From: Squalus acanthias
Lineage: Eukaryota
NCBI GenBank assembly: GCA_030390025.1
Contig: JASTWF010000323.1
Location: forward strand, 62,001-126,000
Direction of reading: 5' to 3'
Length of the DNA stretch: 64,000 nt
The position numbers were made by a program, and so were the translations under genes. Of the stretch, positions 24,359-35,808 are shown piece by piece. Below the pieces are notes generated by a model, which saw nothing but the letters and a program-made list of their open reading frames with translations, had not been told where the DNA came from and ran no database searches. Each line of letters starts with the position of its first letter. Position 1 is the stretch's first letter.

Positions 24359-24752
24359 GGTAGCATAGTTTTATGTTGCTGGATTGGTAAACCAGATGCT
24401 TGGACGAATGATCCAGGTAGTTCGAATCCCACCAGGTGTGGAATTTAAATGCAATTAATTCAACAAATGTGGAAAAGAAATCTAGTATCAGTAATGGTGA
24501 CCATGAAACTACCGGATTGTCGTAAAAAGCCATTTGGTTCACTAACGTCCTTTAGGGAAGGAAATCTGACCTCCTTACCCATTATGGCCGAAATGTAACT
24601 CCAGACCCACAGCAATGTGGTTTACTCTTATCTGAAATGGCCGAGCAAGACACTCAGTTCTTTACGGCGGCTCGCCACCACCTTCTCCATGGCAATTAGG
24701 GATGGACAATAAATCCTGCCCTTGCCAGCGACGCCCAGATCCCAAGAATGAA
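24359..24752 (+). mobile_element. tRNA-derived SINE sharing both head and tail with the LINE at 50659-53856
   Basis: Starts GGTAGCATAGT; B box GTTCGAATCC at 24420-24429; 24359-24659 aligns with 50659-50972 and 24660-24752 aligns with ~53747-53840. Confidence 0.85.
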
Positions 24753-24989
24753 GTTTTGAAAATGCACAAGTCTGGATGGTGTGTGACATGAAGGGGGAAA
24801 TTAGAGGTTGATGGTGTTTTGTGCTACAGTCGGAGCCGAATCCTACCTCTCCGCTCTGCCTCGTCACCTTGATGGCAATTGTGGGTATCCAACTGCGGCC
24901 CTGGAGGTGAAAAGTACTTCCGGTAAAATACTAAACATAAACAAACTAACGTTTGGCATTTTCGGGATACAAATCATTTACTGCACACT

Positions 24990-25130
24990 TGGCAATGAGT
25001 TCGGGCTGAACACTAGGATGAGAATTTCAAATCGAGGCATTGCCGGACCGGGAGCCAATGTAGGTCAGCGTGCATAGGGGTGATGAATGAACGGCACCTG
25101 GTGCGAGTTAGGATACTAACAGCATAGCTT
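24990..25130 (-). mobile_element. L2 fragment
   Basis: ILTRTRCRSFITPMHADLHWLPVRQCLDLK (L2 HWLP motif). Confidence 0.7.
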
Positions 25131-25534
25131 TGGCTGAGACAGAAATGCTTGTAATTAATTAATTTCAGATATAAGTCTTGTATCTCCCCACCCCTCGAGC
25201 AATCAGTCTTGGAAGATAACAAATTACTCTGAATGGGTCAAAGACGAGACTTTGAGAGGCAACCTTATAGTGGAATTCGTCAGCAAGCTGTGACATTTGA
25301 TATCTGCCGAGATTTGCAGACAATGGCCAAGAAATTCGTCTCGGGCGGTGTCGTTAAACGGGCGGTATCGGATTGGGGGCCCATTACACGCAGCGCCTGA
25401 AATTCAGTTCCACTGCAGTTAATGACTGGTTTCTGGTACTAGTCTTCAATTATTAACATTACTTTTCCAGCAAAGGGTCAAGAGAAAATACACCCAGCCT
25501 GTTCATCCTTTCCTGATAGGTGTACCCTCGCATC

Positions 25535-25800
25535 ATACCCTCGATTCATCAGCTGAGGGTGGGCGATAGGTGGTAATCAGCAGGAAGTTAGTTACCTTGA
25601 CGATATCTAACTGAAAGCCATGAGACTTCATTATGTCCTTAGGCAAAGTTGAGAACTCGCAGGATCTCTCCCTGCTGACTGAAAACCACTGTGACACCAC
25701 CACTGATGGGTTTGTCCTGCCGGTGGAAAAGCACATACTTTGGGATGTTGATGGAAGAGTCAGGAATGCTAGCTGATAGGTATGGTTCTGAGAGTATAGC
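25535..25800 (-). mobile_element. Endonuclease fragment of the tRNA-headed LINE family
   Basis: LLITTYRPPSADES; reverse complement resembles ~51130-51365. Confidence 0.7.
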
Positions 25801-26057
25801 TATACGCGTATTCAATGTTTCCAGAGCGTTTTATGGAGTATTGAGATTGATACAGGGGATTTATCTTATTGGTTAATATTTTAAACGCTTTCCTTTGATT
25901 GCATGGTATGAACAGTTTGTGGGTTTTATTTATTCTTCCCCTTTGAAAAGCACCATTACAATTTTGGCTGCGTGGGGGCAATCTTTACAAAGATCTTGTT
26001 GTACTTATTCGAAGTTCAGACAAACAGAATCGAGGCAAAACGAGGAATGTAATTCTT

Positions 26058-29000
26058 GGACTGAATCTCTCTTCATACGTCATTCCTGCCATCCCAGGTA
26101 TCAGTCTGGTAAATCTTCGCTGCACTCCCTCCATGGCAAGAACATCCTTCCTCAGATAAGGCGACCAAAACTGCACACAATACTCAAGGTGTGGTCTCAC
26201 CAAGGCCTTGTACAACTGCAGCAAGACGGCCTGGCTCCTGTATTCGAAACCTTTCGCTATGAAGGCCAACATACCATTCTCAGATCTCGTTGCAATTCCC
26301 TTTTTCCAATCTATTGCCGTTCAGATAATAATCTGTCTTCCTGCTTTTGCCACCAAAGTGGATAACCTCGCATTTATCCACATAATTGTGCATCGGCCAT
26401 GCATCTGCCCAAACACCAACCTGTCCAAATCATACTGGAGTTTCTCTGCATCATCCTCACAGCACACACGCCCACCCAGCTATGTGTCGTCTGCAAACTT
26501 AGAGATATTACATCTAGTTCCCTCCTCTAGATCATTAATATATATTGTGAAAAGCTGGGGTCCTAGCACCGATCCCTGTGGTACCCCACTAGTCACTGCC
26601 TGCCACTCGGAAAAAGACCCGTTTATTCCAACTCTTTGCTTCCTGTCTGCCAACCAGTTCCCTATCCAAATCAGTACCTCACCCCAATCCCATGTGCTTT
26701 AACTTTGCACGCTAATCTCTTATGCGGGACCTTATCGAAAGCCTTCTCAAAGTCCAAATACACCACACGCACTGTTTCTCCCTTATCTATTCCACCAATT
26801 ACATTCTCAAATAATTCCAGTAGATTAGTCAGGCATGATTTCCCTTTTGTAAATCCATGTTGACTTATCCGATCCTGTCACTGTTTTCCAAGTCCTCTGC
26901 TATTACATCTTTTATAATGGAATCTAGCATTTTTCCCACTACCAATGTCAGGCTTACCGGTCTATAATTCCCCGTTTTTTCTCTACCACCTTTTTCAAAT
27001 AGTGGGGTTACATTAGCTACCCTCCAATCCATCGGAACTGTTCCACAATCAATAGAATTTTGAAAGATGACCAGCAATGCATCTACTATTTCTAGGGCCA
27101 CTGCCTTAAGTATCCTAGGATATAGATTATCAGGCCCTGGGGATTTATCGGCCTTCAATCCCGTCTATTTCCCTAACACCATTTCCCCACAAATAGTGAT
27201 TTCATTCCATTCCTCCCTCTCATTAGACCTTATGTTCCCCGACATCTCTGGGAATTTATTTGTGTCCTCCTTTGTGAAGACAGAACCAAAGTATGTATTT
27301 AATTGTTCCGCCATTTCTTTGTTCCCCATTATAAATTCCCCTGATTCTGAATGCAAGGGACCTACGCTTGACTTCAGAGAAACATATATAGAAAATAGGA
27401 GCAAGACCAGGCCATTCAGCCCCTCGAGCCTGCTCCGCCATTCAATGAGACCATGGCTGATCGTCCAAATTCAGTAGCCTGTCCCTGCCTTCTCCCCATA
27501 TCCCTTGATCCCTTTAGCGTTAAGAAATATATATAACTCCTTCTTGAATATATTTAATGAATTCGCGTCTACTGCCATCTGTGGTAGACAATTCCACAGG
27601 TTCACCACTCTCTGGGTGAAGATATTCCTACTCATCTCAGTCCTAAATGGCTTACCCCTTATCCTTTGACTGTGACCCCTGGTTCTGGACTCCCCGTCCA
27701 TCGGGAACATCCTTTCTGAATCTAGTCTGTCTAGTCCTGTTAGAATTTTATAAGTTTCAATGAGATCCCCTCTCATTCTTCTAAACTCCAGCGAGTATAA
27801 GCACCATTGACCCAATCTCTCCTCATACGTCATTCCTGCCACCGCAGGTATCAGCCTGGTGAATCTTCGCTGCTCTCCCTCCATGGCAAGAACATCCTTC
27901 CTCAGATAAGGCGACCAAAACTGCACACAATACTCAAGATGTGGTCTCACCAAGGCCCAGTACAACTGCAGAAAGACATCCTTGTTCCTGTACTCGAACC
28001 CTTTCGCTACGAAGGCCAACATACCATTTGCCTTCTTAACCGCCTGCTGCACCAGCATGCTTACCTTCAGCGACTGGTGCACAAGGACACCCAGGTCTCG
28101 TTGCACTTCCCCTTCTCCCAATCTATTGCCATTCAGATAATAATCAGCCTTCCTGTTTTTGACACCAAAGTGGATAACCTCGCATTTATCCACATTATAC
28201 TGCATCTGCCATGCATCTGCCCCATCATCCAACCTGGGCAAATCATACTGCAGTTTCTCGGCATCCTCCTCACAGCACACAATCACACCCAGCTTTGTGT
28301 CGTCTGCAAACTTGGAGATATTACATCCAATTCCCTCGTCCAGATTATTAACATATATTGTGAATAGCTGGGATCCTAGGACCGATCCCTGCGGTACCCC
28401 ACTAGTAACTGCCTGCCACTCGGATAAAGACCCGTTTATTCCAACTCTTTTCTTTCTGTCTGCCAATCAGTTCTCTATCCAAGTCAGTACCTTGCCCCCA
28501 ATCCCTTGGTACTTTTCTTTACACGCTAATCTCTTATGCGGGATCTTATCGAAAGCCTTCTGAAAGTCCAAATACACCACTTCCTCTGGTTCTCCCTTAT
28601 CTATTTTACCACTTTCATCCTCCAAAAATTCCAGTGGATTAGTCAAGCAAGATTTACCTTTTGTAAATCCATGTTGACTTTGTCCGATCCTGTCACTGTT
28701 TTCCAAGTGCTCTGCTATTACATCTTTTATAATGGACCCTAGCATTTTCCCCACTACCGATGTCAGGCTTACTGGTCTATAATTCACCGTTTTCTCTCTA
28801 CCTCCTTTTTTGAATGGTGGGGTAACATTAGCTACCCTCCAATCCATGGGTACTGTTCCAGAGTCTATAGAATTTTGGAAGATGACCAGCAATGCATCTA
28901 CTATTTCTAGTGCCACTTCCTGAAGTACCCTAGGATGTAGATTATCAGGCCCTGGGGATTTATCGGCCTTCAATCCCGTCAATTTCCCTAACACGATTTC

Positions 29001-32000
29001 CCTACAAATACTGATTTCATTCAGTTCTTCCCTCTCATTAGAACCTATGTTCCCCGACATCTCTGGGATGTTATTTGTGTCCTCCTTTGTGAAGACAGAA
29101 CCAAAGTATGTATTTAATTGATTTGCCATTTCTTTGTTCCCCATTATAAATTCCCCTGATTCTGACTGCAAGGGACCTACGCTTGACATCACCAATCTTT
29201 TTCTCTTCACATATCTATAAAAGCAATAACAGTCAGTTTTTATGATCCCTGAAAGCTTACTCTCATACTCTATTTTCCCGCTCTTACTTAATCCCTTTGT
29301 CCTTCGTTGCTGAATCCTATACTGCTCCCAATCCTCAGGTTTTCTGTTTTTTCTGGCAAATGTATATGTCCTCTCCTTGGATCTTATGCTATCCCTAATT
29401 TCCTTTGGTAGCCACGGTCGAGTCACCTTTTTTGTTTTATTTTTATGACAAACTGGGATGAACAAATTCTGTTGTTCATTCTTGCGATCTTTGAATGTTT
29501 GCCATTGCCTATCCATCGTCAACCCTTTGAGTGACATTCCCCAGTCAATCCTACCCAACTCGCGCCTCATACCATCGTAGTTTCCTTTATTTAAATTCAG
29601 GACCCTTGTCTCCGAGTCCACTACTTCACTCTCCATCTTAATGAAGAGTTCTATTATATTATGATCGCTCCGACACAAGGGGCCTCGCACAACAAGATTG
29701 CTAATTAATCCTTTCTCATTGCATAATACCCAATCTAAAATGGCCTGATCTCTAGTTGGTTCCTCGACATATTGGTCCAGGAAACCATCCCGTAAACACT
29801 CCAGGAACTCCTCCTCCACAGTATTGTTACTAATTTGGTAAGCCCACTCTATATGTAGATTAAAGTCGCCCATGATAACTGCTGTGCTCTTATTGCACGC
29901 TTCTCTTATTTCCCTTTTAATGCCATCCCCAACCTCCGTATTACTGTTTGGGGGTCTATACACCACTCCCACTAGCGTTTTCTGCCCCTTGGTATTTCTC
30001 AGTTCTACGCATACAGATTCCACATCATCAGAGCTAATATCCTTCCTTACAATTGTGTTAATCCCCTCTTTAACCAGCAATGCTACCCCAGCTCATTTTC
30101 CTTTTTGCCTATCTTTCCTGAATATTGAATTGTTGAGTACCCAGCCTTTGTCACCGTGGAGCCATGTTTCCGTAATCCCAATCATATCATATTTGTTTAC
30201 CTCTATTTGCGCAGTTAATTCATCCAGTTTATGACGAATGCTCCTCGCATTAAGACACAAAGCCTTCAGGATTGTTTTTTTAACGCTCTTAGACATTTTA
30301 GAATTATTATTCACTGTGGCCACGTTTGATTTAAGTCCTTGATTTCTCTGACTGACACCTTTGTTTTTCTCCTTCCTGACATTTGCTTCTATCCTTGTTT
30401 CCCTTTCCTCTGTCTCCCTTCTCAGGTTCCCAACCCCCTGCAGTTTAGTTTGAACACTCCCCCAGAGCACTAGCAAACAGTCCCCCTCGGACATCGGACC
30501 CCGGCCCTGCCCAGGTGCAAACCGTCCGGATTGTACTGATCCCACCTCCCCCAGAGCCGGTTCCAATGTCCCGGGAATTTGAATCACTCCCCCTTGCATC
30601 ATTCCTCTAGCCACGTATTCATCTGAAATATCCTTCTATTTCTACTCTGACTAGCACGTGGCACTGGTAGGAATCCTGAGATTACTACCTTTGAGGTCCT
30701 TTTTTAAAATTTACCTCCTAACTCCCAATATTCAGCTTTTAGGACCTCATCCCTTTTTTTCCCTATATCGTTGGTACCTATATGCACCAGGACAACTGGC
30801 TGTTCACCCTCCCTTTCCAAAATGTTCTGCAGCATCTGTGAGACAACCTTGTCCCTTGCACCAGGAAGGCAACACACCATCCTGGAGTCTCGTTTGCCGC
30901 CGCAGAAACGCCTATCTATTCCCCTTACAATAGAATCCCCTATCACGATAGCTCGACACCTATTTTTCCTCCCGTCCTGTGCAGCAGAACCACCCCTGGT
31001 GCCAGGAAGTTGGCAGCTGCTGCCTTCCCCTGATAAGCCATCCCCCTCAACAGTATCCAAAGCAGTATATCTGTTTGAGATGGGAATGTCCACAGGGGAC
31101 TCCTGCACTACCTGCCTGCGCCTACTACTCTGCCTGGTGGTCACCCATTCCCTTTCTGCCTGTGCAACCTTTACCTGTGGTGTGACCAACTGGCTAAACG
31201 TGCTATCCACGAGGTCCTCAGCATCGCGAATGCTCCCGTATGTATCCATTCGCAGCTCTAGCGACACAATGCGGTCTGCCAGTACCTGCAGCTGGATACA
31301 CTTCCTGCACACATGGTCTTCAGGGACACAGGAAGTGTCCCCGATTTCCCACATAGCGCAGGAGGAGCATACCACGGTGACAGGCTGTGTTGCCATGACT
31401 GACCCTTTAATTAATTGAACTTAAATTAAATCAAATCTTTCCCACCAATTACCAACTTTCCCCGCTACACCACAGAGACCCTAGAAACTTTAAACCACAA
31501 AATTAAAGTTTGGAAAAAGGAGAAAAAGAGAAATACTGACCAACCAATCACTTACCTGCTTTCTGATGACGTCACACTTTGATTATTTTTTACTTCTCTC
31601 TCTCCCGCTCTCGGGGCTCAAATTGGTAAGCCTATTGGTCGCTGCCGCCTTTTATAGCCGCCGCCTCGCCGCTGTCGCTCCACCCATGTCCGCCGCCTCT
31701 GTGGGACTCGCTTGTCGCTGCTGCCTTTTATGGCCGCCGCCGCGCCGCTGTCGCTCCACTCAGGTCTTTTTCTCTTCACATATCTATAGAACATTTTACA
31801 GTCAGTTTTTATTTTCCCTGGAAGCTTACTCCCATATTCTATTTCCCCCCCTCTGAATTAATCCCTTTGAACTCCTTTGCTGAAACCTAAACTGCGCCCA
31901 ATCCTCAGGTTTGCAGCTTTTTCTGCACAAGTTATATGTCCTCTCCTTGAATCTTATGCTATCCCTAATTTCCCTTGTTAGCAACGTTTGAGTCACATTT

Positions 32001-33644
32001 TTTGTTTTATTTTTATACCATAGAGGGATGAACAAATTCTGTAGTTCATCCATGAGATCTTTAAATGTTTGCCATTGCCTATCCACCGTCAACCCTTTAA
32101 GTAACGCTCCCCAATCCACCCAAGCCAACTCGCGCCTGATACCATCGTAGTTTCCTTTATTTAAATTCAGGACCCTAGACTCTGAGTCAACTGCTTAACT
32201 CTCTATCTTAATGAAGAATTCTATCATATTATGAACGTTCCTCCCCAAGGGGCCTCGTACAACAAGATTGCTAATTAATCCTTTCTCATTACATAATACC
32301 CAGTCTAAGATGGCCTGAAATCTAGTTGGTTTCTCAACATATTGGTCCAGGAAACCATCCCGTATGCACTCTAGGAATTACTCCTCCACAGTATTTTTAC
32401 TAATTTGGTTAGCCCAATCTATATGTAGATTAAAGTCACCCATGATAACTGCTGTGCCCTTATTGCACGCATCTCTAATTTCCCATTTAATGACATCCCC
32501 AACCTCAGCATTACTGTTTGGGGGTATGTATACAACTCCCACTAACGTTTTCTGCCCCTTGGTATTTCTCAGCTCTACCCATACAGATTCCACATCATCA
32601 GAGCTAATATCCTTCTTACTATTGTGTTTATCTCCTCTTTAACCAGCAATGCTACCCCACCTCCTTTTCCTTTTTGTCTGTACTTCCTGAATATAGAATA
32701 CCCCTGGATGTTGAATTCCCAGCATTGGTCACCCTGGAGCCATGTCTCCGTAATCGTAATTATATAATTTCCATTTATATCTATTTGCGCAGCTAATTGA
32801 TCAATTTTATTACGAATGCTCCTCGCATTAAGACACAATGCGTTCAGGCTTGTTTTTTTTAACGCTCTTAGACCTTTTAGAATTATTAATTACTGTAGCC
32901 CTGTTTGATTTGCAACCTTGATTTCTCTGCGTTCCACTTTTGCTTTTCTCCTTCCTGTCTTTTGCTTCTATCCTTGCTTCCCTTTCCTCTGTTTCCCTGC
33001 ACAGGTTCCCAACCCGCTGCCATTTTAGTTTAAACCCTCCCCAACAGCACTCGCAAACACTCCCCCAATGACATCGGTCCCGGCCCTGCCTAGGTGCAAA
33101 CCGTCCAGTTTGTACTGGTGCCACCTCCCCCAAACCGGTTCCAATGTCCCAGGAATTTGAATCCCTCCCCTTTGCACCATTCCTCTAGCTACGTATTCAT
33201 CTGAAATATCCTTCTATTTCTACTCTGACTAGCACGTGGCACCGGTAGCAACCCTGAGATTGCTACCTTTGAGGTCCTATTGCTTAATTTACCTCCTAAC
33301 TCCCTATATTTAGTTTTTAGGACCTCATCCCGTTTTTTCCCTATATCGTTGGTACCTATATGCACCACGATAACAGGCTCTTCACTCTCCCCCTCCAGAA
33401 TGCCCTCCAGCGGCTCCGAGACATCCTTGACCCTTGCTCCAGGGAGGCAACATACCATCCTGGAGTCTCGTTTGCGGCCGCAGAAACGCCTAGCTATTCC
33501 CCTTGCAATTTAATCCCCTATCACTATAGCTCTCCCACTCTTTCTCCTCCCGTCCCGTGAAGCAGAACCACAAATGGTGCCAGGAAGTTGGTTTCTGCTG
33601 CCTTCCCCCGATAAGCCATCTCCCTCAACAATATCCAAAGTGGT
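26058..33644 (-). mobile_element. CR1 LINE copy C (esterase to RT, truncated at both ends), split by copy B
   Basis: ORFs at 33189 (HIGTND), 32575 (NARSIRNK), 26865 and 25985; host sequence gacttca|..|tctttttctcttcac rejoins across 27377-31764. Confidence 0.9.
27377..31764 (-). mobile_element. Full-length, lightly decayed CR1 LINE, copy B
   Basis: ORF1 ATG at 31396 (CSSC..HVCRKC, GDSIVR, HIGTND, DGLH); ORF2 in pieces 30093..30614, 28467..30080 (537 aa) and 27471..28466 (331 aa, KFADD); GC-rich 5' UTR; 3' tail at 27377. Confidence 0.96.
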
Positions 33645-33645
33645 C

Positions 33646-35808
33646 ATGAGCATGAAATTCCTGCACTAAGGCGGGAGCAGTGTAATCTAAGCCACCTTGT
33701 GAATTAAATTCCTGTTCTGAGGTGGTGCAGATTAAGCTAGACTGCGCAGGGAATGAAATTCCTGGATTGAAGTGGGAGCAGTGTAATCTAGGCAGCCTCG
33801 GTATAAGATTCCTGGACTGAGGGGAGAGCAGTGTAATCTAGGCGTGTCCTAGGAATGATATTCCAGTAGTGAGACGGAGGCATTGTAACGTATTCAGTGT
33901 TGGAAATTAAATTCCTGATCTGTGGCGGGAGCAGTGTAATCTAGGCGTGTCCTCGGAATGACATTTCTGTCGTGAGACTGGGGCAGTGTAACGTATTCAG
34001 TCTTGGGAATTAAATTCCTGGACTGTGGCGGGAGCAGTGTATTCGACGCAGCCCTGGGAATAAAATGCCTTGAATGAAGTGGGACCAGTGTAAACTAGGC
34101 TGCCCTGGGAATTATATTCCTCGACTGAGGCGGCAGCAGTTTAATCCTAGCGGTCCTGAGGAAATAAATCCTGGATTTAGCCGAGAGCAGTGTAATCCAG
34201 GCGGTCCTGAGAATGAAATTCCTGGACTGAGCCGGGAGCAGTATAATCTAGGCGATCCTGAGAATGAAAGTCATGGACTGAGGCGGGAGCAGCGTAATCT
34301 ATGCGGATCTGGGAATGAAAGTCATGGACTGAGGTGGGAGCAGCGTCATCTATGCGGCCTCGGAATGCCATTCCTGGACTGTGGCGGGAGCCGTGTTATC
34401 TAATCGACCTGGGAATGAAATTCCTGGACTGAGGCAGGAGCAGTGTAATCCAGCCGGTCCTGGTAATGAATTTCCAGGACTGCGGTGGGAGCAGTGTAAT
34501 CTAGGCGGATCTGGGAATGAAATTCCTTAACTGAGGAGGGAGCAGTGTAATCTAGGCCCCCCGGGAATGACATTTCTGGACTAAGGCGGGAGCCGTGTTC
34601 TCTAGTCCGATTGGGAATGAAATTTCTGCACTGACGCGGGAGCAGTGTAATCTAGGCGGCCGTGTGAATGCAATTCCTGGACTGAAGCGATAGCCGGGTA
34701 ATCTAGGCCGCCCTGGGAATTAAATTCCTCAACTGAGGCGGGAGCAGTGCATTCTAGGCAGCCTGGGAATAAATTTCCAGGACTGAGGCAGAAGCACTCA
34801 AATCGAGGCGGCCTCGGAATGACATTTCTTGACTGAAGTGGGAGCCGTGCAAACTGGGCTGCCTGGGAATTATATTTCTGGACTGCGGCGGGCACAGTGT
34901 AATCTAGGTGGCCCTGGTAATCAAATTCCTCGACTCAGGCGGGAAAAGATTAAACTGGGCGACCTGGCAATTACATTCCTGAACTGAGACGGGAGCACCT
35001 TAATCGAGCCGGCGCATTGAATGACATTCCTGGACTAAGGTGGCAGTACTGAAACGAAGACGGTGCTGGGAATGAAATTCCTGGACTGAAACGGGAGCAG
35101 TGAAACTAAGCAGCCTGTGAATTAAACTCCTAGACAGAGGCAGGATTAGAGTAATCTAGGTGGCCCTACGAATAATATTCCTGTACTGAGGCGGGAAGAG
35201 AGTAATATAGGCGGCCCTGGGAAGGACATTTCAGTACTGAGGCAGGATCAGTGTAATTTAGGCGGCCTGGGAATTACATTCCTCAACTGAAGAGGGGGCA
35301 GTGTAATCTAGGCGGCCTGGGAATGAAATGCCTGTACTGAGGCTGGAGCAGTTTAGTATAGGCGGCCCTGGGAAATAAATTCCCGGAATGAGGCGGAAGC
35401 AGTGTCATCTAGGCAATCCGAGGAATGAAATCTCAACGACTGAGGCGGGTGCAATGTAAACTCGGCTGCCCTGGGAATGATATTCCTGTACTGAGGTGGG
35501 AGCCATGTAATCGAGGCGGTCCTGAGAATGAAATTCACGGAATTAACCGAGAGCAGTGTAATCCAGCCTGTCCTGAGAATGAAATTCCTGTGCTAAAGCT
35601 GGAGCTGTGTAACGTCGGCAGACTTGAAATCAAGTTCCTGGATTGAGGCGGAAGCAGTGTAATCTAGGCGGCCCTGGCAATGAAATTCCTGTCTTGAGGC
35701 GGGAGCAGTGTAATCCAGACGACCCTCTGAATTACATTTCGAGATTTCGGCAGGAGCAGCATAATCTAGGGTGTCCAGGGAATGAAATTCTCTAGATTGA
35801 GGCGGTCT
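33646..35808. repeat. Tandem satellite, 50-51 bp unit, roughly 42 copies
   Basis: Consensus gggaatgaaattcctggactgaggcgggagcagtgtaatctaggcggccct; gaatgaaa at 34211, 34262 and 34313. Confidence 0.95.

Noticed and set aside
27471..30080. Active or domesticated reverse transcriptase gene
   Set aside because: In-frame stop at 28467, further lesions upstream, and ordinary LINE UTRs and tail
34074..34895. Repeat-protein ORFs with a 17-aa period
   Set aside because: A by-product of the 51-bp unit; frequent stops and indels, with no splice or start context
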